Position numbers and translations under genes: made by a program
NCBI GenBank assembly: GCA_030704615.1
Contig: CM060733.1
Location: 19,530,001-19,594,000 of the forward strand
Direction: 5' to 3'
Length of the DNA stretch: 64,000 nt
Origin: Takakia lepidozioides
Taxonomy: Eukaryota > Plantae > Bryophyta
Notes under the pieces: model-generated
Database searches by the model: none
The model's input: the letters and a program-made list of their open reading frames with translations, nothing else
What the model was told of the DNA's origin: nothing
Shown: in pieces, positions 12,017 to 22,512 of the stretch
How the letters are laid out: the number at the start of each line of letters is the position of its first letter
How positions within the stretch are numbered: position 1 is the stretch's first letter

Positions 12017-15000
12017 TCAACGTTTCTTCCGCTTTTGAGGTCGCCCTTCGAAAGCTACAACCGCCTCGGATGCGTTTCCCATTTCCGAGGCACGCACCCA
12101 AGATGTCTCCACATGATGATAGCCCTTCCATTTCACGAGATACTCCGTTTCTCGATTCTTGAACCTCCTCAACTTAAGCACTGCCTCCACCTCGTACTCA
12201 AGTTCATTTTCATGATCCAACAGCATAGGTGGCGGACGCAACACTTGATGCCAATTCGGACACGCTTCATCTTTGAAGTAAGGCTTCAAAAGGGAGACGT
12301 GGAATACCGGATGCACCTTGTTGTTTGCCGGCAGCTCCAATTCATACACATCCTCATTCATAACTTTCCGGATGCAAAAGGGTCCTGCATACGGAGGTAC
12401 GAACTTCGGACTCACTTCCGGAGGGAGTCGGAAATTCTTGATGTTCAACCAGACCTCCGTGCCTGCCTCAAACTTAACTTCCCTCTGCTTCCGATTCGCC
12501 TACCGTTCATACTGTTTCCTACCTTTGGCAATGTTGTACTTTGCGAGCTTCAACAAACGATCGCGTTCTTCCAGCACCGCTGCTGTTGCTGGTTCCTCAA
12601 CGTCTTGGGCGGCCCAACTTGTCGGCACCAAAGATGCTTTTCCATAGACCAATACGAAAGGGGAAACTTCCGTTGCGGAGTGTTTTGTGTTATTATAACA
12701 GAATTCTGCCGCATCCAAGTGCTCCACCCAGTTCGATTGGTCTGCCGACACGTAATTCCGCAAGATCTGCTTCACCACGGAATTCACCTTTTCTGTTTGG
12801 CCGTCTGTTGTAGGTCGGAAGGCGGTGCTCATCTTGAGCATCGTCCCAATTTTCTTTCAAAGTGCCCTCCAAAATTTACTTGTAAACTTTGGATCGCGGT
12901 CCGAGACAATATCCTTTGGGAGTCCATGATGCTTGAAGACGTGGGCGAAGTAAACTCGCCCCGTCTCCTGCGCCGTTGCCGTCTCCTTGGTGGGGTTGAA
13001 ATGGTCCATTTTACTGAACCTATCCACCACCACCATTCAATTGCATCGAATCCTTTTGACAGCGGCATAGCAGTCATGAAATCCATCGAGACACTTTCCC
13101 AAGACCCTTCTAGAATCGGCAAGGGTTGCAACAGCCCCGCTTGCTTTTTGTACTCGCTCCGGTTTTGTTGGCATGTGGTGCATGTCTTGACATACTTCTC
13201 GGCCTCCTCCCTCAGTTTGGGCCAGAAATACTCTTTCTTCAAGAGTGCCGCGGTGCGCTTGGCTCCGCTGTGGCCCGCAAGTGGGCCATCATGGCATTCT
13301 CTCAAGAGACTATCTCTGATCCTTCCCTTCGACACGTAGAGACGCTTTTGCTTGTACCGGAGCAGTCCATTTTGCAAGTGGACTGCGATTTAACCCCCAT
13401 CCTCAAGTCCCACATCACAGACTTCGCCATCTCATCCTTCTGGTAAGCCTTCCGGATCTTCCTTTGGAGCGTCGTCTCGCCCCTATACACCAACATGAGC
13501 TGATGCTTTCTACTTAAAGCATTGGCCACCACATTGTCCCGTCCCGGTTTGTACTGGATATCCACGTCAAACACCGCCAAAGTGTCTTGCCACCTCAGTT
13601 GTTTTGGGAACAACTTAGGCTGCGTGGCAAAATACTTCACTGTGACATTGTCCGTGAACACCTTCACCGGGTTGGAACCAACATAGTGGCGCCAAAGCTC
13701 AAGGCAATGCACCACCGCATTCATCTATTTCTCGTGCGTTGGCCACCGTCGCTCCACTTCATTCAGTTTCTTACTTTCGTAAGCCACTGGACGTTCATCC
13801 TGCATGAGTACACCCCCAATTGTGAAGTCCGACGCATCTGTATGAATCTCAAATGGACGGTCGAACTCCGGAATTTTCAAGACTGGAGCTTCCGCCATCC
13901 GCTGCTTCAACTCGGCAAAAGCTTGGCCACAAAAGGTGTTCCATACCCATACCTTGGACTTACACAGAAGGTCTGACAGCGGCCCCGTGATCTTGGCAAA
14001 ATTTCTCACATACTTTCGGTAATAGGAGTCCTAGGAAGGATCGCACTCCCGGGACCGAAGTTGGAGGCTCCCAGTGCAAGATCGCCCTCACCTTTCTGTC
14101 ATCCATTTTGATCCCATCCTGTGTAATCACATGCCCCAGGAACTCCACTTTTGTGACCCCAAATTCGCACTTTGAAGCTTTGGCATACAGCTTCCCTTCC
14201 CGCAATTTCTGGAACACCCTTTTGAGGTGTTCCAGGTGCTCTTCCTTTGTTTTCGAGTACACCAAGATGTCGTCGATGTACACGATCACAAAGTCATCCA
14301 ACCATTCCTGGAAAAGGTTGTTCATTAGCGTGCTAAAGGTCGCGGGTGCGTTGGTGAGCCCAAAAGACATCACCAAGAACTCATATGAACCATATCTTGT
14401 CCTGCACGCGGTCTTCTCCTTATCTCCTTCCGCCACTCGGATTGGATGGTAGCCAGAGCGCAAATCGATCCGGCTGAAATACTTCGCTCCTGCCAATCGA
14501 TCGAAGAGGTCGTCGATCCTTGGCAAGGGTACCGGTTCTTGATAGTCACCTTATTTAGAGCCCTGTAATCGACACACATCCGCAGCGTCCCATCATTTTT
14601 GTCTGCGAATAGCACCGGGGCTCTGTAAGGTGACTTACTTGGCCGGATGTACCCCCTTTGACATTAGATCCTTGAGCTGAGTCTTCAGCTCGACCAACTT
14701 CATGTGGCTCAACCGGTAGGGCGCCTTGGCAGGCGGCTCCAATCCCGGTATCACCTCAATCTTGTGGTCAACTCCTCTTCGCGGTGGCAAGCCGCTTGGT
14801 AAATCTTCCGACATCACATCTTGGTATTTCTCCAAGATCCCCTTGATCCAATCTGGGCTTGGCTCCCTATATTCTTCTCCCTCCACTTGTCTTACGTAAA
14901 GCAAGAACTGGGGCTCGTGTGGCTCCTCCACGGCCCACTCCTTTGCTGACAGCATGTTTATTCGCCCTCCCACTGGGTTGGGCGTTTCTGACACTCGTAA

Positions 15001-15568
15001 AACTTCGCCACCATTCTCACACGGTAGCGTGACTACTCTCATGTGGCCATCTATGACCGCTCCTGATTTGCTCAAAAAGGTCATCCCCAAAATGAGATCC
15101 ACTCCATCGATCTCGCAAATGGTGAAGTTCTCATGTCCCTCCCAACTCCCCAGCTGTAGAGGAACATCGAACGTCAATCTCGTCGCCAGTTGTGGTTCTC
15201 CTTTGGCAAAACGCACTTCAATAGAGGCCCCTACGTCACTGTCGGGAGCCCCAATTTCCGTGCCGTTGCCGGTGTCATGAAGGAGTGCGACGCTCCTGTG
15301 TCCACCAACAACGACACGTTAGTCCCGGAAATTATCCCACTCACGAACATTAACTGACTCCCTTTACGCAAGGGGCCAGTCTCCTGATACAACTCACAAG
15401 AGTAGTTGCCTACCTTGCAAGTCTTGGCGACCACCGCTTCCACCAAGTGGCTGATGGTATCTTCGGACAGCTTCGTGGTTGCCCAAGTCATGTTCAATTG
15501 ACGGGGCTTCGGGCACTTCTTAACCATGTGCCCGGGCTCCCCGCAATTAAAGCACACCCCATCAAAGG
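12017..15568 (-). pseudogene. Element B gag C-terminus and pol (zinc knuckle, protease, RT, RNase H, integrase, chromodomain), frameshifted
   Basis: CFNCGEPGHMVKKC; LVDTGASHSF; [10 protein letters not shown]; HTDASDF; SVSMDFM; YAGPF..HPVFHVSLLKPY; EYEVEAVL..EYLVKWKGY..SW (chromodomain). Confidence 0.95.
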
Positions 15569-15870
15569 GTGCCTGTACCCCTGTTTACCAACTTTGAAAG
15601 TCTTGAGGCTGAGCCAAAAGCCCAGGCCCTCTTGAGGCCTAGTTTTTGGGCAAATCACACACAGCAGATTGATGCTTGTGTGAAGGTATTTCTAGAGGAT
15701 ATCTGGAAAACCCGGATTAATTCTATATATGAAGGTAAGTCTTACTACCAACGTCAGCCCCTGACAGAGGTAGGTTCTGTCCCTTTTGTTCCCGCTCAAA
15801 CTGTGCGTAGGGTCAATGGCCACAAGGCTACGGCAAACAACGTCTTATGAGTACAATCTGTTATCTGTTT
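15569..15870 (+). mobile_element. 3' end of a LINE, inserted in element B gag
   Basis: Matches 62479-62637 joined to 63062-63190, i.e. the uninterrupted form of the LINE in the TPI intron. Confidence 0.85.
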
Positions 15871-15879
15871 TTGTGTACT

Positions 15880-16966
15880 TTCCTACTGCCACCTTGGCAG
15901 TAACTTGCAAAGTCACTCCAAACCACCACAGATCATCCCAACGAGCTAATGAATCTGATGAGAGGGCAAAACAAGCTGAAATAGGTCGAAGGTGCCCTCA
16001 CCACAAATGTGTTGAAGAAGGTACCTTCAATAGTAGTCCTTGCTCAAAACCGCTGCCGCTGCTATTTCTAGTTGACCATCTACCCAGGCAGATTTCTTGT
16101 AGCTATTGATCCACAAGGAATCAGACGTAATCTTGTGTGTGAAATCCGGCCCTCTTGGATGAATCTGGACCTCTATCCCTGGTCTTCAGCTATCCCTGCC
16201 TGTGTACAAATCATGAATACATCCTCAGCCTTGCTGCTAGCAACTGACACTCACGGCGTGAAGTTCTTTCAGTAAACAGCCCCAACCCTACTTATTACAG
16301 TAGTTCCAACTCATTGCCTGTCAGAAAAGTGTTCATTCCAAAGCTTATCTTCATCTCTGTGATCTGTTTTTGGGTACTTTCCTGCTGCCACATCGGCAGT
16401 ACCTGCAAAGTCACTCCAAACCACCACGAATCCCCCCAATGAGCTAACTTACAAAATTCAATATGCAATTTCAGGGTGAGTCTGATGAGAGGGCAAAACA
16501 GGCTGAAATAGGTCGAATCAGAAGGTGCCTCACCACATTGTCCTTGATCTTCTGTCATGACCCACAGAGGACTTGATTGACCATCAACCCAAGAGGACCT
16601 CTTGTGTGTGCCTACTTGTGTTTGTAGACAGGTAACGACGGATTGGTCAGTGAGAACCACCACGGTGCAGCTGAGCATGGCCTGCTAAGACCAAGCTGAC
16701 TCTCCCAAGAACCTTGTAAACATCTGGAAGAATACCAAATCAGGTACTAACAGGAGGCAAGAGCCCGCAATAGCAGGATGGAAAAAGTCTTCACATCGTA
16801 CCTAAAGAAAACGCCACACCTTGCGATTGTAGTTGTCCCACCATTGTCAATCCTCTAAAAACTCATGCCAGGTCTGCTCAGTGCTGCAATATCAGGGCTG
16901 ACTCTGATGAGAGGGCAAGACATGCTGAAATAGGTCGAAGAAGAAGGTGCCCTCACCACATTGTCC
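15880..16966. repeat. Three dispersed copies of a 65-160-bp motif inside the gag insert
   Basis: tctgatgagagggcaa.aca.gctgaaataggtcgaa..ggtgccctcaccaca at about 15954, 16481 and 16903. Confidence 0.8.
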
Positions 16967-16969
16967 TAC

Positions 16970-17305
16970 CATGCCCTGTGGAGAGGAGGGGAGAGGAGAG
17001 GAGGGAGAAAGCCCGCGGAAGGGAAGGCGAACGTGGGAGAGGAGTGGAGAGGAGATGAGAGAAGGAGAAAGAAAAGAGAAAGCCGCGGGAGGGAAGGGGA
17101 GAAAGAACGCGGAGAGAGAAAAAAAAAAAAAAAAAAAAAAAAAACAAAATGACGATCCTGCGGTGCATCGCGGCCTAAACGTCATTCTTACCACTACACT
17201 ATCCCTTGAAACTCAACAACCCCCTCCTGTAAAATTATATTTAAGGTGTTTTAAACCCCCCTCAGTATGTATAATGTTGTACATGGGGGGGGTTTAAAAT
17301 ACCTC
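16970..17305. mobile_element. Possible DNA-transposon (MULE-like) terminal fragment
   Basis: Purine-rich tract, an A-run, then the hairpin ggtgttttaaacccccc..gggggggtttaaaatacc at the junction with gag. Confidence 0.35.
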
Positions 17306-17933
17306 CTCCTGTGCACACACGTGGCTGGTACATTTAATGAGGAGTGCACCCCCCAGGGCGAGCCAGGATGCGTTGAGTGGAACAAACTGTATTTTCATCA
17401 GTTCCTTGAACCCACTCCAGTTCAAGGTTTCCGGGTTTGGACCTTGGTCGTGAAGGCGTTTCTGCCACCATTGTTGAGCATAGCCCCTCAAATAAGTGGG
17501 AGCCACTTCCACCCGATCCTCGTCACTCAACTTGGCCGCCCGGAAGTACTGCTCTAGCTCCAAGAGCCAGGTGTTGAGTGCCTTCCGATTTCGGACACCC
17601 TCAAAGGTGTCGGGTTCCTTAGGCTTCACCTTAAACTTTGCTTTAGTGGAAGTGACATTAGCCGCCTTCAACACGTCTTTCAACGTCCCGCCAAACTGCG
17701 CCAACAACCCTTCCCAAAAGGCTGCTGGCATGGGAGGCATCTGTTGGTATGCCGGAGCCCTCAGGAAGTCCTCGGCTCCGACTCCCCAGATTCCTCCCGT
17801 TCGCAGCCTCGCTTTCAAAAGCATGCATCACCTCCTCAAATTGCCGCTTCGGTGACACGTCGCCCCCATCGGGCTCACCAGGATCATCATCTTTCGGGTC
17901 GTTCCGCTTTCGCTTTGGCTTGCCCGACCCCAT
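17294..17933 (-). pseudogene. Element B gag N-terminal half
   Basis: ATG at 17933 after the PBS; PDTFEGVRNRKALNTWLLELEQYF..YLRGYAQQWW..WSGFKELMKIQF is a Ty3 capsid signature. Confidence 0.9.
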
Positions 17934-17988
17934 GATGAGGCCGATCCCAAGGACGATCGCGTACGGAACTCTAAGCTCTGATACCAAG

Positions 17989-18710
17989 TGCGAGCACCTC
18001 ACTTCGGTAAGCTCCCCTTCAAGTCATAGTTACTCGCTTTGATGCGCGCGCCTAACTCCCAAACTGGCCGCTGGGCCAACTCGGAGCTTCGGCTGCTCAC
18101 CGGGACATAACGGTCCCCCTTTACTCCTCTACAAGACCCTCTCTCAATTTGGGCCTAGTGGAAATTCCCTTGGATGTTAGCAGTCCGGAACAGCTCCCCA
18201 CACCTTGGTCGCTTTCCGGCTCGCACGCTTACTCACTAGTTTTTGGTCACCAACGGGCTTGCACCGTTCTCGGGGTTACTACTCCCTATATATACTTCTG
18301 TGACTATCCGCGGGGGTTTCACAAACAACCTAGTCATTTTATGGCGAACCACCACGAAAATCCTCGATTCCCGGTGATGAGTCGCGGTGAGTCTTGCCCA
18401 CCCACCATGGTCCCATTGGATCGTGATAAGTCCCAAGACTCCCCACGACTCCCACCACAAGGTCTCCGCCCCCATGGTGAGTCCTATGCCACCCCCCCTA
18501 AGTCCCACTAAGCTACCACCAACCCTCGTGGAACCACCCCCACCGCAACCCGGTGTGCGGGGCTCCACCTGTGAGCGCCTCCGCCTCCTTGAGTGCCCAA
18601 GGCACTCAAGGGTGCTTCAGCCCCGGTATCTATTGTTGCCACTGCCCCCACCACAGGGGCAGCCCCTCTTGTGTCCCGACCCCCTGCTCTCAAGGCGAAG
18701 GGCCACGACA
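17989..18710 (-). repeat. 5' LTR of element B
   Basis: Direct repeat of 10378-11113, adjacent to the iMet PBS. Confidence 0.95.
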
Positions 18711-18802
18711 CTGGAGGCCATTTTGGAGAAGAAACTACCAGTAGGAAAATACTACTTGCAGGTTACTGGTGGCCTACTTTGTTCAAGGATGTACACAAGT
18801 AT

Positions 18803-18879
18803 CGTGGCTCCTTTCTCACACCTCTGACCTCCATCATTTTTCTCATTTTTGCAATATCATCCCACCCGCCAGCCGCATA
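18803..18879 (-). pseudogene. 77-bp fragment of a PLS-class PPR gene (E domain) acting as junction filler
   Basis: Translates YAAGGWDDIAKMRKMMEVRGVRKEP, compared with the PPR E-motif consensus YAAAGRWDDVAKVRKMMKERGVKKEPG. Confidence 0.8.
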
Positions 18880-20375
18880 AGTAAGGTAGTATCTGACTGG
18901 CCACTGCCAATCTAACCAATCATCTGCACTTCCCTGCACTTCCACTGCAAATAAACTCGCATCAGGCAGTTGATCGTCTACCCCTGTGGCGGGCTCTCCT
19001 GTTGATAAACGTGACAAGTGATCTGCCACAAGATGCAAATGTCCAGGCTTGTAAACAACTTCAAATTCAAAATCGTGCAAGATAATCAACCATCTTGATA
19101 TCTTGTCACTTATCAAAGGCTTGTTCACCAGATAAATCAAAGCCTGATGATCTACATAAAACATAAACTTCCTTCCTAGTAGATAATGCCTGAATTGCTT
19201 GACCATAAATCATTGCCAAAGCTTATCTTTCAGTAGTGGTATAGTTCCTCTCAACACTGTTCAACAATCTGCTAGCATAGTATACATGTGAATCTATGTT
19301 TTCTGTGACATTTTGGGCTAACACAGCCCCCAATGCTTATCCTGAGGCATCACAATGTACATGAAATACCACATGTCAGTGAGGGTTAATCAGTACAGGT
19401 GTAGTTGTTACTGTCAACAGGCTGCAGAAAAATAAAAAGACCACATATTCACACTACAGAACTCTTGCATGAAATCATCCAAATACTCATGGAAAGATTC
19501 ACTTATCACTCTCTGGAAAGTTGCTGGTGCATTACAAAGTCCAAAAAGGCATGACTTTGTATGCATAAGCACCCTAGTCTGTGATGAAAGTTGTCTTTCC
19601 ATGATCTTTTTCAACTACTTGTACTTGGTTATACCCACTGAAGTCATCCATGAATGAGTACATCTCATGGCCTACCACAATGTCCAGTACAGCTTCTATG
19701 AATAACAAAGGAAATGGATCTTTCTTTGTACAATCATTCAACTTCTTATAGTTCACACAAACTCTCAATTTGCCATTCTTCTTGGGAACTATCACAATGG
19801 GTGATAGCCAAGTTGTATACTCTATCGGGTATATGAACTTAGCCTCAGCCAACTTCTTGATCTCTTCCCCAACCTTCTGTGCATGGTTGGGATTCATCTT
19901 GTACCTTGTCTGTTTGATTGGCACTGACCCTGGTTCCAGTTCAATCTTATGCTGGCAGATCTCAGGTGGCATCCCTTTCAGATCTTCATAGCTCCAAGCA
20001 AATACATCTTTGTATTTGATAAACAGACTTTTAGCTTCCTCAAAAACTTCTGGCTCCAAGTCAGCCCCTACTTTTACCATTCTTGGTTCTTCCTCAGTTC
20101 CCACATTCATTTCTCTCACCTGCTCTTCAGCTATGATTGTCCATCCAACCACTACTTCATCCTGTAAACTCACAGTGGCTGGTTCATCTAGGATTTCTAT
20201 TTCTCCCTCTCTTTCCTCATAGAAATGTGGTGGGTAACTACTTGTTTCCCCCTCAATTGGTGTTGTTGTTACTGCACCACAGCAGATACCTTTAAAGCAA
20301 CTCAGGCCTCCCAGTTGCATTTCTGCAACCTGCTCCCACTCTGGGTGTGCAGCAAACAAGGTAGTTTCCTGCTCC
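18880..20375 (-). pseudogene. Family A-related RT/RNase H fragment (A5) with an internal deletion and filler near 19415-19465
   Basis: ORFs 19574-20359 and 18763-19206 align to the 2146-aa polyprotein. Confidence 0.92.
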
Positions 20376-22512
20376 TGTTACATGACTGTCTGGGACTTAG
20401 GCACTTTTACGGGATCTGTGGGGTACCCTTAATTTTTACACAGACTGAGACCAACAGGAGCCTTAGGGGTGACAGCAACAGGCTTTAGGGGGGAGAGACA
20501 CAGCCCGACACAGCCCAACACAGCCCAACACAGTCGCACAGCCAGTCACAGCCCGTCACAGTTTCACACAGCCAATCACAGCTTGACACAGCGGTTAGTG
20601 AGGGAAACGGTTAGAACAACGGGTAGGAAGATAAAGCCAGGAGCAAGGACTGGAAAATGATCACTTCTTGGGGAATCACTTCTGGAAGGACTTCGGGGGG
20701 GGGATCACAACTGGGAAATGAAGCGGAGAGCGCATCTCTGAGAAGAAAGAGGGAGAGCACGGAGTAGGAGGAGAACGATCTGTTGATACTTGCTGAACGC
20801 AAGAAGTAGAGTTGTAATGTAGAGCAGAATAGAGATACCATGGCTTCAGCCTGATACTTGATAGATATTAATCTAATACATACTTCATATTCACACTGTG
20901 TAGAGAGATCTGAGTGAAGCTGTGGAATGAATGGATGAGTTGATGGAATCCGATAGATTGCTGAAGCAAACTGATACTTAAATACCAACAATAAGGTAAC
21001 TAGCTAACATGAATGCGGGGAGGAAAACAAATAGGAAACACCCCCATGATACACTAGCTGTAGGTCATGACTGATTGTTCTGAGCGGGCTGAGTGCTTAG
21101 AGATTTCCAACTCTTCTATCTTGGAGTTCCCACCTCGGATAGCGAAGGGATGGGTGAGTAAAAGCCGCGTGACATTTGGCGACCATACTGGGGAATTGGG
21201 TCATGAACAACCAGATGTGACAGGCATCTGGTGGGATCATGGTGGTTGGAGAATTAAAGAATTTGATGTGAATCGAATTCCCCGTGAAACTGAGAAGGAA
21301 AGATTGTCCAAACGATTCTTTCAGAGGTTCTTGGAATTGCCAGATGGTTGTAAGGAAAACATTCTTAAGAGAGTGCATGATGCTGACCCTGAGTGGGGTC
21401 TGGAGAAAGGAGTGATAAAGATTTATCAGGTGGCTTGTAGAGGAAGAGCACGTTGGTTACCAACACTGGTTTATGTGATAGCATTGCTATCCATTAAGCG
21501 AGTGGAGTTTGAAGGCTAGGAGGAAAGAAAGGTGAATGTTTATACTCATATGCATGAAGAGCTTGTACTGGTAAAGAATTGGATTCCAAAGGATATTTTG
21601 TGGATCAAACTCACACCAAGAACAGCTTTCCAGACTTGTTTGCCATATGGTTATATGGTAACGGAGACTTCTAGTATAGCCAAGGGTGCATTGAAGCTTG
21701 AAAGAAACCCAGGCATATACGAGAGATATTACAGAAGAGAGTTTTGGTTATTGCCACATTAAAAGAAATGAAAGACATGGGACATGAGTGATGAAAGAGA
21801 AGCTAGACGCCAAAGATATTCAGCAAAAAGAGAAAGCTATCTGAAAGCTAATTATCCATATCTTTGGGAGAGAGGAATAGACATAGGGGAATCATCTGGA
21901 CCTCTCACACCATTAAGATCAGAGAGTACATCACCCATACCGGAAGAACTAGAGTTGGATGCCACTCCTTCTTTTTCTTTGCAAGAAAGATTAAGGGAAT
22001 TGGTACGGGAAGAAGATCAATCACGAGGTGAAAGATCTGAGGTACATCCCTGGATAAAAGATTTGACAGAAATCTTTGATAAGAGTTGGCATGGAACACC
22101 AAAAGCAGGAACTCCAGTTTCTGAAGCGGAAGGTGAAGAAGGAGGAGAGGATGTGGCAGAGCCAACGGAGAGTTCAGACTCTCCAACACCATTGCAGTTG
22201 AGTTACATGAGTGAAGAAGAAACCCAAGGGCAGAACTTGGAGGATGAAAATAGAGAGAAGAAATTGGAAGATGAAGAGTATGAAGAAGTAGACCCAATAG
22301 CTGAGGTTGAGACTACAACCAGGACATCCCAACCCGTTGGACCTGGATCAAGTGGAGCACTTGGATCACAGGCCAACGAAGGTGTCGGCTCAGGGGGATC
22401 AGGTGGGCTGCCTGGATCTGGCTCTGGGGGGACAGGGAGTGTGGGAAGTAGTGCAACTGGAGCTGGGAATACTGTGAATATCGTGGGGCCAGTAGCAGGG
22501 AGTGCTCAAGGG
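20376..22512 (+). mobile_element. Family A copy A2, 5' end (LTR 20376-21174, PBS, ORF1, gag start), cut by A3
   Basis: tgtta..cgtgaca LTR, PBS tggcgaccatactgggga at 21177-21194, gag ATG at 21784. Confidence 0.93.
21067..21762 (+). pseudogene. Family A ORF1 copy with one nonsense change (TGG>TAG at 21517-21519)
   Basis: ORFs 21067-21519 and 21532-21762 together equal the 231-aa ORF at 36639-37334. Confidence 0.9.

Larger units (their letters stand above)
10378..18710 (-). mobile_element. Family B Ty3/Gypsy chromovirus (Tcn1-like), full length but degenerate, with a 1.7-kb foreign insert in gag
   Basis: LTRs 10378-11113 and 17989-18710. PBS tggtatcagagc (17975-17986, tRNA-iMet). TSD ctaga/ctgga (10373-10377, 18711-18715). 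Gag, PR, RT, RH, INT and chromodomain occur in order. Confidence 0.95.

Noticed and set aside
11978-13339. 453-aa + strand ORF
   Set aside because: Antisense shadow of element B integrase and chromodomain; no independent evidence of coding.
15950-16960. Repeated CTGATGA plus stem as a ribozyme or C/D snoRNA cluster
   Set aside because: The stem is followed by ACCA rather than GAAA, and there is no proper RTGATGA/CTGA terminal arrangement.
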